Source of the DNA: Rozella allomycis CSF55
Lineage: Eukaryota
Reading direction: 5' to 3'
Length of the DNA stretch: 64,000 nucleotides
Assembly: GCA_000442015.1 (NCBI GenBank)
Contig: KE560678.1
Span: forward strand, 1-64,000
Shown: positions 24,693 to 38,701 of the stretch, in pieces
Position numbering within the stretch: position 1 is the first letter of the stretch
Layout of the letters: every line of letters starts with the position of its first letter
Program-made: the position numbers and the translations under genes
Notes under the pieces: generated by a model
The model's input: the letters and a program-made list of their open reading frames with translations, nothing else
Told to the model about the DNA's origin: nothing
Database searches by the model: none

Positions 24693-25853
24693 TTATGAAT
24701 TATTATTTTGCGAGGGTTGATTCCAAGACAAGTAAGTGTGATCACCCAGTTTTCTTTGTTTGACGAAAAGAAAAGTATTACCTAGGCGAAATATGTTGAC
24801 GGACAATAAAAATAAAGCCAAGAACTAATGAAACGCAACCTACTGTGATGTAAGCAGTGCCAAGGAATGGATTCTTGCCACCCATCCAAGAAACGGTGGA
24901 CAAAACAAACGATTTCGTACCTCCAAAACTTTCAACATCATAACCTAACTTAAATTTTTTTCTTCGTTACCTGTTTGAATTTTAATTGAATAAGTTCCAC
25001 CAGGAATGTCTTGATCCAACCGCCCGTAGACCTTTCTAAAAGTCGGAAGGCCTGCTGTTCTCATCCAAACTTGAAATCTTTCATTTGATTCCGGAGAGAA
25101 ACCGGTACTTCCATATTTTTTTGCCAAGTTAGGTGGAAGAACATATTGTCCGGGTGCATATTTAGTTGGCAAGTATCGATATTTGTCCGAAGGCCAAGTG
25201 ATTCCTTTATCAGTAAAGGCGAACGAATCTATTCCATTGGATGAGGTCAATGGTCCAAATTCATCTATTTTTGTTACGTTCAAACTCTTACCAGTGAAAA
25301 AGCTATCCGCAATGAGGCCGCAAGGATAGTATACCGGGAATTCGTCATTTCCTGGCTTTATTTTTGGTGCACATGATCCTAGTTCTGAGCCCTTTAAAGC
25401 TTCTCCTTTTAATTGTTTGGGCTCCACTGATCTCACATACCTCCTATGATTTTGGTAAAAATTAGTCAGCCTATAATACATAAACACCGGAGCCTTCATG
25501 TCAGGTATTTTAAATGTTAATGTGCATTCATTCATCTGTGAGTTATAGGACCATGATTCTGCTCCAGGAGGTTTATTTTCGTTGGTCGCCCCAACGCATT
25601 TAGTGTAATCTATGGTCAATTCTACAACCTCTTATAGCTATAAATAAAAATTACCGAATTCGATGCGAGGAGTAATATAATTCCTATTGGTATGAATATT
25701 ACTCCCAACATGAAAAAGGAAGGGATAACTGTTTTCGGTGTTAATATAGGTTGCCACGCCTTTAATCTTTGTTGTCTAAATGCAGTGTCTGTTTCTAATG
25801 TGCATAAAATCTATACTTGGTGGTCTTTTACTTCTGGATTCACCTTGCAACAT
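24693..25853 (-). CDS. CDC50: Cdc50/Lem3 family P4-ATPase beta subunit, 6 exons
   Basis: [76 protein letters not shown]. Confidence 0.95.
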
Positions 25854-26127
25854 GCGGCGCAGCCATGCATCACAAAGTCACTTCATATGAACAGTAAATT
25901 AATCATATAAATTGGTTTTCACAGAAACTATTTATTTCTACTATTGTAAATGCTTGTTTGAACTTGTACATATCTTCACGTAAAAATACTCATGAAACAC
26001 AATTTAAAATTGAATCTTGAATCTTGATTTATTTGAATCCTTCTTATTTAAGTGGACATGGGAATTTGCTAATTATGACTGTCACACTTCCCAGCCACCT
26101 TAGCAAAACCGTTTGGGCGCCTTCAAA

Positions 26128-26685
26128 ATGGCGGTTGTTCCAGACAGGAATCAAACTGGAGAGGTAAAGTTTTTAACTAAATTTAAAAAGTTATCGATCT
26201 TAAATGCCATGTCAATGACCAAACAATCGGCTTTGCTGTCTTCAGAAAAAGGTACTATCGGTGACATACAAAAATCACCAAAATATGTCTATCAATCAAA
26301 TGATTCATGCATATACTCTCTTCCTGGTGAAGAGAAGCACAAGAACGACATTAGCAATAATCAGATGGAGACTCCAAAAAGGTCTCAACAAAATTTGCAT
26401 AGCGACCCAACCAACATAAGTTTTGAAAAAATACCTACTAGTCCGTCAAAAATACAATCTCTTCTCGGTGCTTCAATTCGAAATAGCTGTGAAAACATAT
26501 GCCTTGATCGTAAGGTGGTCTCGAGGAGATTTATCAAGCAGTCACAAAAAGCTGTAGGCGAAAATTTCTTATCCTCTTCTAAAATTGCAATAGAAACAAT
26601 TAAGGACGAGCTATGCAGCAAAAAACTATCTGTTACTGCAGACTGCATGGATATATACCGCGAACACTGTTCTATGGTATGGTGA
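26128..26685 (+). CDS. Hypothetical protein (3' structure uncertain)
   Basis: ATG 26128, in-frame 27-nt intron-like segment, open frame to 26685; no family recognised. Confidence 0.45.
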   Translation: MAVVPDRNQTGEVKFLTKFKKLSILNAMSMTKQSALLSSEKGTIGDIQKSPKYVYQSNDSCIYSLPGEEKHKNDISNNQMETPKRSQQNLHSDPTNISFEKIPTSPSKIQSLLGASIRNSCENICLDRKVVSRRFIKQSQKAVGENFLSSSKIAIETIKDELCSKKLSVTADCMDIYREHCSMVW

Positions 26686-26752
26686 CAATAGAAAATTGTC
26701 GAATAAAATGTATACATTATTCATGATTTTTGCTAAATTTATTACCAGGGCG

Positions 26753-27202
26753 ATGACAAAATTATCACCTGAAGTTTGTGGGTCAATGAAAATATATAAC
26801 TTTGAAGAAAAAGTTATGCTAAATACAGTGTATATACGGGTATGGGTCTTCCCTAACGCGATATCTATATGGTGCGGTACAAATTCTGCATTTAGCAATC
26901 TTTGCGCATCAGTTCCAGTTCGTATGGTAAGAAATAGCAAGTCTTTTAATGTAAGTCCCCTATTCCGCCATCCATACCCCTCCTTTCATGTAGTGATAAA
27001 TGCCAAAGTTTAGCTCAAAGACTAGGTATTTGATTTTGATGAACCTTTATCATTAGCACTGAGATTAAATATCCCTGTATTTGTGAGCTTTGAAAATATG
27101 GATGGCCTTAATGATATCGAACTAATGTCGAAGGCTGAAAAATCAATATTCAATTACGTAAAGGAAATAATGAGGAATGATATTGAAGAGCCGATTCATT
27201 GA
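26753..27202 (+). CDS. PSMG4: Proteasome assembly chaperone 4 (PAC4/PSMG4-like), 3 exons
   Basis: IYNFEEK...ISIWCG...FSNLCASVP, SLAQRLA, IPVFVSF pattern; 29- and 31-nt introns. Confidence 0.7.
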
Positions 27203-27218
27203 ATTTATTTAAATTTTG

Positions 27219-27684
27219 TTACTTAGTTAATGGTCTGGCTCTCATATTGTTCTTTTTTATGTATTCTCGTTCCTCTAAAGAAAACCAATGATCTTCGTTT
27301 TCCTATTTCAATTTTTTCTAGTCTTTACTAAAATGTTGTAATATTCCTCTCTAATCCTGTCAGACTTGTTAAAATATGCGAAATCCACTTGGTATGCAGT
27401 AACGATGGATCCTATAAACAAAGGAGGCTTTATCATGTCTGGAATAAATCCTTTCCTGAAATATGAATTTATCGCAGCGAATCCTATAAGAGAATATGCA
27501 GCAAAAATCCAATTTAATCTTTCTCTGGATGATATTTAGGTTAAAGTGGGTACCTAGTTGCCGCCATACTACTTGCTTGCATTATTCTCATTTGACGATT
27601 CATATTTTCTCGCATGGTTTCTTTTTGCTTTTCCATCATTTCAGCCTGCGCTCTGGTAAAAGATTTTGACAGATAGCCCCCCAT
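27219..27684 (-). CDS. PLGRKT: Plasminogen receptor KT-like (DUF2368) small membrane protein, 3 exons
   Basis: MGGYLSKSF...MEKQKE...MAATRERLNW, TM segments, AYQVDFAY...DRIREE; not in the ORF track because split by 29- and 26-nt introns. Confidence 0.7.
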
Positions 27685-27964
27685 CGTGTATCGTGATAAC
27701 TACCGGAAAATAAACTGCACAAGTTCATAAGCCGAAATTATTCATCAGTTTTACGCATGTCCAAACCTACAGATATTTGCGCGCTCAATTTACAAAATAA
27801 AGGTAAGTCAAGGCCTCAGTTTGAGTAGCCACATGAAGATGGCTAAAATAACATTGCCATTAAGGCTAATATAATAAACTTATTGCTTAAATCAATTTCA
27901 TGCATTTTAAAAATAATATAATTAGTAAAACTTTAATGTTCTCGTATGTTTATTTGTTTGTTTT

Positions 27965-30606
27965 ATGACAGGAGAATCATCCTTGAATGAAGAATCCACG
28001 ATTAGATCTGAAATTAATTCAATTATTTTAGACGTAATTCAGAACTTTATCAAATATAGTACTTGCAAGCAAAAGATTTCTTCAACTCCCTCAAGTCTTT
28101 TAATGAAGAATTACATAATCATAAAGAGCAAATAAGTTTTCCATCTACTTTAAATGACTTACTGAATGAGAAAGATTTAGCAAAGGATGAAGATACCGTT
28201 AAAGTAACATACCGTAGTATGCTTAAAAGGACATAGTTATGGCTTTTGAACATGGGAATGTCAATTCATTTCTAAAACATTGGGGCGACTTAATTAATCG
28301 AAGGGCATCTGAAAGTGACCAATCTCTGAAACTAGAATTTTTTTGCCGCATATATTTTGTTGTGTGCGCAAGAAATGATCAGGAATGTGTAATAATCATT
28401 TATCTTTTACCCAGCATGATTCGATAGAGATTTTAAAACAATATTTGGATATTAAAGGGACACTTTTGAGTAAAAATATCGAGTTTCTTCCGTATTTCGC
28501 GCTACCATACATCCCTAATCCTTCGAAACATCCAAATTTTTCAACTTTTTATTCAGTAGTGTCTTAAAAATTTGCATGTTAGAATGAATGGAAGACCTCG
28601 TTAAAACATGAACTTATGACATACCTCGATAGCATAGTCAGCGGAAAGAAAGAACCTTTGTTGTTTCATTTATACAAGGATTACGTAATATAAATTGAGC
28701 CCCAATTTAAGATATTGAAACGTGAAACCTTGAAAAATTTAAATGCTTGTCATATTATAAACAACGATTCTATAATTGTGAGAAGATTACAAGATGAATT
28801 AAATCATTACGAAGATAAGGACTTAAAATTAGTCCGAGAAATAGAGAATTTGAAGGTTATATTATATTTTTTGTTAGAATCAAGCGAAACTATTCCAATC
28901 TTTTGAAAGTCGCCACAGAACTTGTTGAAGTCCTCATGGATTCAGTTAATGGCCAACGAGTAATTTGAATTCACAAATATTTACAGGTTGATACAGACAA
29001 AATTGAGATAATTTGCCAGAAATTAATTCGCTTTAAAAACGTATCTAATGAAAACATTGAAACAAATGAAAACGTAAAAAATAGCTCGAATATTTAAAAT
29101 CAGATAAAAAGTGGTGTTGATAATACAATATATGCGGAAAAAGCAAACAACTCTTTAGTGTATGAACGACAAGAACATCAAGACTTACCAGATATTCCAA
29201 CGAGACCAATTACAGCTTTATGGGGATCCATACCTATCGATTATGCAAAGTTAAAAATTTCATTAAAATCCTTACATGAAACTAAGTTAGTTTCAAGGAC
29301 TTTGCAAGCCTTGAGATGGGTATGCTTGAACTTACCATGTAATTAGCGTTTAGCAGCGTATGACTCGCGTAGCAACATTAACTATTTACATGATTACATC
29401 AATAACGATGTATTGGGCATATTAGATGTAAGACACTGTCACATTTCTTAATCTTAAAGGCACCACAGGTGGGCCCCACATTGCTTAACCACAATACTGA
29501 TGAAAGCATACAGCTTCAAACAATGCTTCTTATAAATTCTATCGCATCATATCCTCTTGGAAGAACATATTTGCTGCCGACAAAATGTTTGATTTCACAA
29601 TTTTGGCTTCTTGATCGTTGCTTCCTATATATGAGAAGTAAAAACATCATCATGTCAAAAATTTCTATTTCTATTTTGTCCAAACTTAGCATAAGAAGAG
29701 TTATACAGACGCACCTGATCAAACATGGCATCGCATCCATTTTGCTTGATGTTTTACGGGACCCGGATTCAATTATAGGTTCATTTGAAGAAGATCCCTG
29801 GATTACCGAAAGATTATCATCACTTTGCATGAATCTCTCTTTAAGAACTGCAATGAGAAAGGCATGGTCGTTTTGTTCAACAGAGATATTAAAACTGTTG
29901 TCGGATTTGTTGGAAACAGGAAGTAATCAAACCAGAACATACGCTCACGGGGCAATTTACTATTTAATAAGCGAGAGAGTGTATCACGACGCTGCTCAAG
30001 CAATGGGATTAGCCGATATGCTACGTTATTGGATAGAGAACAATATTGACATAAAAGTAAAAATGCAATGCGAAACATTAATTAAAATGCTTGATATGAA
30101 TTGTAAAATTTATGTTTGAGATATGAATAGGCAAAGAGACTAATGATATTGATTTGGTTTCAGAAGATGGCGACGATGCAGACGAAAAGGTAGTTTTACT
30201 TTCAATTAATTTCTAGCTTACACTTGTAGACATAGACAATGTTCCTGTTTCAGAAATATTAGAAGAAACGGCATTTGAGTCTGTCATTGATAACCTCGAT
30301 GATCTTGATGTCGGCGGTGTGAAAGGCGAAGAACTTCTTTGCAACAAATTTGGGATTGTAATTTAATTATCTGTACATTTGAATATAGTACAATCAACCC
30401 GTACAAGTCAAGCATACATTGGTTAGCATCAATGACTATCCCAAAGCCGCAATCAAACGCAACGCTTTGTCCTACATTAGACCCAAAACTCCTTTTGAGA
30501 ACCCGACACAGTTGTTTGGTGACAAGTAATAGCTTTATTTTCATTTAACATTAGGAACTTTGAGGCATTTGCTGCAAAGCCTCGGATTTTGAGAACACCA
30601 ATATGA
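27965..30606 (+). CDS. ARMC9: LisH/armadillo ciliary protein ARMC9-like, about 15 exons
   Basis: LKLEFFCRIYF, EFLPYFALPYIPNPSKHPNF, IDYAKLK, LQALRWRL, INSIASYPLGRTYL, LCMNLSLR, QTRTYAHGAIY; 14 introns of 26-32 nt. Confidence 0.85.
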
Positions 30607-30855
30607 TTAATAAATGAATATTTTTAAAAAAGTGCATAATTTTAAAGAAATTTTAATAAAATTCGCCCTGATTCTTAAATCTGAATGAGATCCACTAAAC
30701 TTGAACCGTCGGAATAAAAATAGAACTTCTAAAATAGACCGTCGTGCATTGGGACTGATAATTGATAATCTAATGGATTTCGGCTTAATATTACAATAAA
30801 TCAATGTATAATTTTTGTTTACACAAATTGAAAACTATTTATTCGAAATTCTGAC

Positions 30856-32194
30856 ATGACATCTGGAACAACGGCTCAAAACAAAAACGTCTTTAATTAT
30901 CTCTCCCAAGTATACTGGCCAACCTCTGTGACTGTCGGTAAAAATGCAGAAGAAAATTTATTGAATTACGGTGGTTTGGAGCCTTTTCCTTCGAAAATTG
31001 CAAAGTCGTATAAGGTTCTCCTGGTAACATAACTATCTGCCTAGAAATAACAAAGAGCAAAGAAATTCATATTCACACTCTTTCTGTTGATCATGCCAAT
31101 GGTGTAGGAGATATTATTCTGGACGACGCATCTACGTTTGTCGATATGAAATCAAATAATGATGATATCATTGTATTATGTCATGGATACGCAACAGGCT
31201 TAGGTTATTATTATAAAAATTTCAAATCTATCTCAGAAAAGACAGGAAGGAGGGTTTTGGCCTTTGATTGGCTAGGCATGGGACGCTCAAGTCGGCCCAA
31301 ATTCCCATTCAATAAATTTAAAACCATTCAAGATACAGAAAAGGTACAAAATCATTGTTTAAATCATTAAAGACCATTGATTATTTTATTGAATCACTAG
31401 AAGAATGGAGAAAATGTCATCGACTTAGGAACAAGATGATTCTAATTGGTCATTCTATGGGTATTGATACGTTTTTGTGTTTAAAGGTGGATACCTATCG
31501 GCGTGGTATGCACTAAAGTATCCAGAAAACGTCAAAAAACTAATCCTTGTCTCACCTGGTAATATTCTTACCTTTAAAATCTGAAAGTTGGTTTACCTGA
31601 TCGTCCAGATGATGTTAAAAAAACTCAGCTTTCTGAAGCTGACGTATCCAATTTGAAAGAGTTCGATCGGCCAAAGCCCCCCTCTTATATGAGGAGGTTT
31701 TTCTATTACTTATGGGACCAAAATTATACTCCGCAGTGGCTAGTGAGAACAACCGGGTAGGCTTACATTACCTACAGAATAGTCCACTCGGTAGAAGACT
31801 GGTAAAATTGTACACTACCCGCAGATTTTCTCTTGATCCCGATGAAGCAAAAAATATCGATGAATATTTTTACCATCTATGCGCTAGCAAAGGCAGTGGT
31901 GAATACGCACTTGGATTGCTACTAGCTCCTGGCGCTTATGCTAGGAAACCATTGTTGCATCATCTTAAAGACATTCAAGTGCCGATCCATTTTATGTGTA
32001 ATATTTTTACCGCAATGATGTTAGATGGTGAAGAGGATTGGATGGATAGTAGTCACGCTGCTGAAGCTCAAAAAACGTTGAAGTATAAAAGCCAGCTAAT
32101 TCATATTTCTGATGCCGGTCATCATTTATACCTTGATAATGCTGAGGAATTTAATGATAAGCTGGTTCAATTAATTCAGCGAATAGATGAATAA
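30856..32194 (+). CDS. Alpha/beta hydrolase of the ABHD4/ABHD5/Cld1 type, 7 exons
   Basis: CHGYATGLG, DWLGMGRSSRP, LIGHSMGGYLS, YALKYPENVKKLILVSP, YGEEDWMD, AGHHLYLDN. Confidence 0.92.
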
Positions 32195-32203
32195 ACCAAA
32201 ATA

Positions 32204-33662
32204 TCAGGCAGATTTATTTGCAAATTTCGATGGAATCTCAATCCATGCTTTATGATAATCATTTTGCAGCTTTTGGCAATCATTAAAAGCCCATTTAGTA
32301 ACTGAGACTATATAGCAACTTTCAAACATGAATGCCATAGTTTCATTGGCGACTTTTACTGGTTTCAAATTTGCTTTCATAGCTTCCTCGGTCGTTTTGG
32401 CATCTGGCCCATGAGGTGTCATACAGCTAAAACGTGATAAATAAGAAGCAATTACTTGTGTAAACTGGCCCCTCCTGGTAAAAATCCATCTTTTTTGGCT
32501 TCATATTCACCTTTGATTAATCCCATGAATTCGCTCATGCAATTTCTATGAAAGTATGGCGGCCTAAAGGTATTTTCTTGAACTGCCCATCTCTTTACCC
32601 GCGAATAATTTAATTTACTGGAGGAAATATAACAAAATCTGCAACTGCTGTTCCCGGGGTATTGCTTTTACAAGTCAATACTGTGAAGAGGGAAGGGTCC
32701 TATAATAAAACATGAAAATGCCGTACCAAATGGTCATATGAAACTGAATTAACCGTATTAAACTTTGAAAGGTCGTATTTATAGGGAGAGTAGTTACCAT
32801 GCCATGCAACAACGTTAAACGGGGAGTGATTCTATTATTCATTACTTGTGAATTCTTACCTGCTCTGCAACAAACATTTGACCAAGAAATTTATTGTAAA
32901 TTTTAAATGCAGTATTCTTTTCTTCAAAAGCGGCTGTGGGATACAAGAAATGCCGTGGATGAGCTAAACCGTTTGCGCCAATAGGACCCAACTCTGGAAG
33001 TTCAAAATGCCCATTAAATACTTCCAACACATATCCTCTTGAAAGTCCTTCAGGTAATGAAATTGAAAATCGGATCCCACGTGGAATAACAGCTATTTCA
33101 TTTGGGGCTACTGTAAGAAAGCCCAGTTCAGATTGAATAACTATGGTTCCCTCTTGAGGTACGAATAAAAAGTCTCCATCGGAATTTTGATATGCGGAAT
33201 CAGTCATACTACAGTTTGCCATGTATACGTGAAATGCAACACCAGATTTTAGAGATGCATCTCCCGCCCCCGCTATAGTATATAATCCGTCTACAAAAGA
33301 GACACTTTCCTGTGTATTTAATTCAAAAGGACTCCATCTTAACTGATTAGGTGTAATAACAGTATTGTCGCTCGTAAATGTTGCCAATATTTTGGACTTG
33401 GTCGAGTAAGGTTGAAAAGGCAGATGGGAAACAGAAGGCCGAATACGATATAGCCATCTATTTTCATTGATGAATGACATTACGTTTTTTGATTTTGGGC
33501 CCTCGGTGCAGTGAATGCTGTTCCACTTAATTGCTCAGCATATAGGTTAAATGGGCAAACTTGCGGAGTGTTTTGATCTTTAGGAAGCGCTCCTACAATT
33601 GCTTCAGAGCAATGCTCATTGCCAAATCCTGAATTGTACTTGAAAGTATCAACAAATGACAT
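32204..33662 (-). CDS. HGD: Homogentisate 1,2-dioxygenase, 6 exons
   Basis: [85 protein letters not shown]. Confidence 0.97.
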
Positions 33663-33716
33663 TTGTAAAAATCATAATGATTAATGGAAACTAAGGTTTT
33701 AATTTATTAAGCTATT

Positions 33717-36700
33717 TTAATAATAAAGTGGAAGCTTTTCAGAAATTTTGTTCCATGTAACTTTTCTTAGGTACCTCCTCTCTTTAGCGTCTAGGTATAA
33801 GCTTCCTGAATTAGAGCCCAGAGAATATACAGCTGAATCTGCTTCTGAATTTGTGTCTTCAATTGTAACATATTCACTTGAAGCTGTAATATAGCTTTTT
33901 GACTTGTTCAACCCTGGTAAATTGCTTTTCTTTTGACCAGATTTTACTTTTTTGATCCTTTTGGGATTAATTCGTGTTTCAGCTTTGAATGGTGAAATAG
34001 CATTTAGGCGACGATAGCTAGCAACCCATGAGTTTAAATTTCCATCTCCCTCTACATCCTTTTCCCTGTGCTTTTCAGCCTTTGTGTGACAAATAGTTTT
34101 ATTACTTGAGAGGGCCTAATTGTTACTGATTTTGTATCTTTCATAACTTTTTGATCTTTCAATTGATGCTGGTCGTTATTGATTCTTATTAATCCCAACT
34201 TTTCAAGACATTTTAACAATGAATCTTTGGTTTCAATGCCGAAATGTGCTAAAGCTGCTTTCGCATTTGTTCTAGCAATAGAAGGTTTGAATTTTATTAC
34301 TTTACAGTATCGATTTTATCGCCTAACCTACCAATTAGACCGATTAGTACTTCATCGTGTGGAATATTGTACTTCATCATGTTGAGGCAAGTCTGAGCTC
34401 TCATTTGCCAAGCATCGTCATTAAATGAATCTATTTGAGGCAATACTAATGATTCTAAAGGATTAGGAAATTCTTCTTTGAATGTCTCATACAGGTACAC
34501 AAGCGATTTTGAAGCCTCTACTTTTTCAGACCAGGTTCCATGAGCAATCAATTTCAATAAAATCTCTACAATATTAACTAAAGTGGATTCTTTCCCCTAA
34601 TTTATAATCTGTGAGAAATTTACGTTTAATCCAGGAAACCAAGTCATATTAACGACGTTTTTGAATTCTGGGGGCATTTCTTCTTCTTTGACGTTATGTG
34701 GGAAGGGGCGTCTTAAAAGATCCCAAGAGATGGCGTTGCCTACAGCCTTTTCAACATTTTCAACTTCTGGGACAATGTACTTGTTGTGTTCAGTTTCTAT
34801 TTGTTTTTTGGTTTCTTTCGAGTAATTAGAGGGAGATTTATTCTTTTTCTTCGAATTTACTTTTTTTTCCTTTTTAACAATTACATCATTTGTTGGTTGG
34901 TCAATAATTACCGGGTTTCCTTGAATTAAATCGCCTACAGATTTCATTTCAAAAGTTTCATTAGAATTTTCGCTGAAGGGAATTTCATTCAATTTTGTTG
35001 ATTCTACAGGAAGTAAAGAAGGCAAATCTGTCAGATTTATGGATTCAATGTTTGAAGTGATCTTTTTATTGACTTCTGTGTGATCGAGTTTTCTATCAAT
35101 TATTTCTTTCTGCTCTTTAGGTTTATCCAAAGTCTCATTTGAGTTTTGTTCTTCGTCATCATCAAAGATGGCCATTCGGGCGGCATTCCAGTCAAAATTG
35201 TCTGTTTTCTGCATCTTCAATTTTCTGTGTTCAGCAGCCTTCCCTATGTCTATTAAACTCTTCAAACTTACCTTTAAATATTTCCATTGTGTTTTTAAGC
35301 AATTGAACATTATTTTGCTGTATGGATTCTACATTCTTTTCAAAATTCGCCGATTTAATAATGACAGAATTTGGGAGGATGATTCCATCAGGCAGAACAA
35401 GTTTTCTCTTTATTGATTTTTTCTTTTGTTGTTTCTTGGCGTATTTTATCAATGACTTTTTATCATCAACTTTTGTTTCTTCATTAGTATTTTGCAAATT
35501 CAGTATTTGTTTAGAAGTTAATCTCAATGTATTTTCAAGGTTTTCAATTAACGGATCCAGATGAGAAAGATCATAATTGACTTCAATTGGTTTTGGCATC
35601 AATGGAAGTTCTTCTGCCTTTTCATGCACTTTTATTTCTTCTTGTTTAAAATTTTCCAGGAAATTTGCAATTGAGCTTTTAAAATTATTTAATTGGATTG
35701 GATTAGGCAGTGAGACATTTTTCCGTTTATTTGAATCTATCATCAACTCATTCCCTAATCTCTCAATTTCAATATCTGGCTTTTCTGAAAAATAAGTATA
35801 TTGAGCCAATTCTGACGGCTCAAGTAGTTTCTTTATGTCTATTTCTTTTTCATTTTCTATTAATCTGGTCAACCAAGAGTCTTCAGTAGAGTTTGAATCG
35901 TTTTGCATTTGAACACTAATTGATTTCCTTCCAGCTACTTTGGGTTTAGCCTTAATCTTCTATTACTAAATATTAAAATCTGCTTTTACCATTCTCATTA
36001 ATGCAACCCTAAATGGATCCATCATTGATTCTCCATCAACATCGCTTTCTTCAATAAGTCTAATCAACCTTTGAACAACATCTTCCTGTATACTTTCATT
36101 TTTAACATTGCCTATATTATCTTCTTCCCAATAATTGAAATCTGGATTAAATGCCTTTGGCTTATCAACAGGAATTGGTAAATCGCCAAACAACTTTGCT
36201 AGCTTTAAAATTGCCTTTAAATATTGATTTGGCAAATATTTAAAGCATCTCACAAGCGCTACACTGTTCTCCAATCCTACCAACAAATCAGCCTTTTCAT
36301 TCGCAAAGCACACGCTGTACACAGGCTCCGAAAACTGAATTTCTCTGATTAAAGTATTATCATTGTCCCAAAGTTTCACCAATCCATCAATGGAACTGGT
36401 AACATACAGTTGCAATATTGAATGACTTGAAATCCGAGTCACCTCCTTGTTGTGATCTTCATCTGCATTATGTGCCTTGATAATGTCTTTAATTTTTTAT
36501 TCTTTTAAGATAATACCTTTATTAAAGTCATATTGATACAATTTGAAAGAAGAATCTGAGAACATTAAACCATAGTTGGCATAATGGAGTTGAGTCACAA
36601 AACTATTTACATTAAATGAATGCGTCAGACTAAAATGATAAACAATCCCAAAACTATTAAATTCATAACTGATTTTCCATATTTTGATATTTTTATCTAA

Positions 36701-38654
36701 TGAATCAAATGCATGCCATGTACCGTTTCCCGCAGTAAATATTCTCATGGTTTCTGCATGACATTCAATTTTTGTTAATTCAGCCGAATGAGCCTTTTAT
36801 ATCACTTAATATTCTAACTTACCTGTTGAACAATATTCCATTTCTTGTTCTTTTTATCCAAAATCAAAATTTGCCCCTCATTGCTGCCTCCAATTACCCA
36901 AAAACCATATTGCTTTATTTCTTCTTCATCTCTATTTTCTAATTCTTTTAAAAAATCACAATTCTTTTTTCCATCTAACCCACAAATCGATGTAGTTCCT
37001 TTGTGTTTTCAACATATTTTATACCTTCTAAATTCGTTATTCCCAAGATTCTGCATGGGCTTACATTGGTGTCATATACTATCATATCTCTATTGGTCAT
37101 AAATGCAAATATTAATTCTATGTAATTTCGTCAATTATTTTACCATTGTCATAGTCGTACAAGGCATCCATTATACTTGAGTTGCGCAATAAAGGCATAG
37201 CGATTACAATTGTTTGTCCATAATATTGGTTGAGTAACCTTACACTACCATCTTCAGTAACTACAACATATCTCGTTGGCTTTTTGAGACTTTTCGCTTC
37301 TTTAAGTGAAATCACTCTCGATCTATTCTTGATACTTTTATTCTTAATACTGAGTCAGTGAAAACGTATTTTGGAACTTGTTCAAATACCACATTGTCAC
37401 AGATTGCCTCGAATAAGTGTAAAAATAGTCTCTGAGGAACAATTTTAAATCTAAAACTTCAAACTGGGTGTCAATTCATATCTTAAACCTATAATATTCT
37501 TACTTGTATATGCATGTGTACTGATCCAAATTATACATCCTTATTGTTCTATCAGAAGAAGCAGACAACAAACATGGACCGTAACGCTTTTCCAGTGGAG
37601 TTATCGCATTGACCGAGCCTCTGTGATCTTGAAATTGATGGACTAAGGTCTTGTTCATGTTCCAGATCTTAATCTTGCCATCTTTCCCTCCGGTTATTAT
37701 ATAATCGAATGGATGGTAAACTGTGCAACAAGATATTGTTGTGTCATGGATTTGCTCAAACATGCCAATTCTATCGAAATTTATGTATGAAAATATCTAA
37801 GTTGTGCTAATCGTTAAATAACTTACCGCCAAAGATTGATCGTAAAGCACAAGAATCCTCTGATTCAGAATATCAAAATGAGTATTTGTTATCCATGCTT
37901 CCTTTTCGATTTCAATTACACGCTTTATCCTTAAATGGAATGTCAATCTTTGTATTTCATAATTTTTTCATACTTTTCATCACTGCAGAATTTGAATAAA
38001 GTTAAACTGCCAATTGAGCCTGTTAATAATTCATCTGTGGCGTCGATGAATTCCATACTTTCATTTTATACAAAGTGGATTACCAAACAACAGGTGAGCT
38101 CAATGGGATGTCTTTGAGAACATTTAAATTGACATCCATGATCTATAATAACAGCATTAAATTAATATAACTTTTAGGTGTACATCATTAGTATATGCTA
38201 CGTATACTCTAAACTTTTCAATGAAATGAATCAGGTTAATTCCAAAATCTTCTGCGATGTGTTTAATTCTATCATTATCTTGCCACATATTAATATAATG
38301 GCTGTCCACTGTTACGAAAATATCATTTATCGAATTATATACAGCTTGCTTCAAAGTCGGTCTGTGTAACACAATATTTCGAACACTCTGAAATCCATGA
38401 GGTATTGTCGTAAAAGAACTCATTGGAATCGTTGCAAATGATGAGTTTGAATTTTGGTGCTCGAATAACAGACTTTCTATCTTACTGACTGTTTCTGACC
38501 AAGAAGGAACGGCTCGGAAAGTCGACGACCTAAGTTGGGCAAAGGACTCTTTGGAAAAATTTCTCCGGAAGTTGCCATCAGTCTCATAGTCTTCACTAAT
38601 TTTTGTTTTTGGAATAATTGGAGCTGTTGGAATTGATTTCGAAAAATCTTTCAT
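33717..38654 (-). CDS. Large WD40-repeat protein with charged middle and C-terminal HEAT-like region (WDR97/WDR87-like; family tentative), about 15 introns
   Basis: ITGGKDGKIKIWN, LLSASSDRTIRMYNL, VTSSIDGLVKLWD...LIREIQFSEPVYSVCFAN; fragments joined in frame by 26-32 nt introns, one of them GT-TG. Confidence 0.75.
37477..37503 (-). other. Non-canonical GT-TG intron (27 nt) in the WD40 gene
   Basis: gtaagaatattataggtttaagatatg; AG alternatives at 15, 22 and 40 nt give immediate stops. Confidence 0.7.
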
Positions 38655-38701
38655 CAAAAGGTAAAATGCGGTGTCAAGGAAACGATGGCGATGAAAAATT
38701 T

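Noticed and set aside
26677-26710. Possible 34-nt GT-TG intron fusing the 26128 ORF to the PSMG4-like gene
   Set aside because: Longer than the other TG introns, with no homology constraint, and the PSMG4-like gene has its own plausible ATG at 26753.
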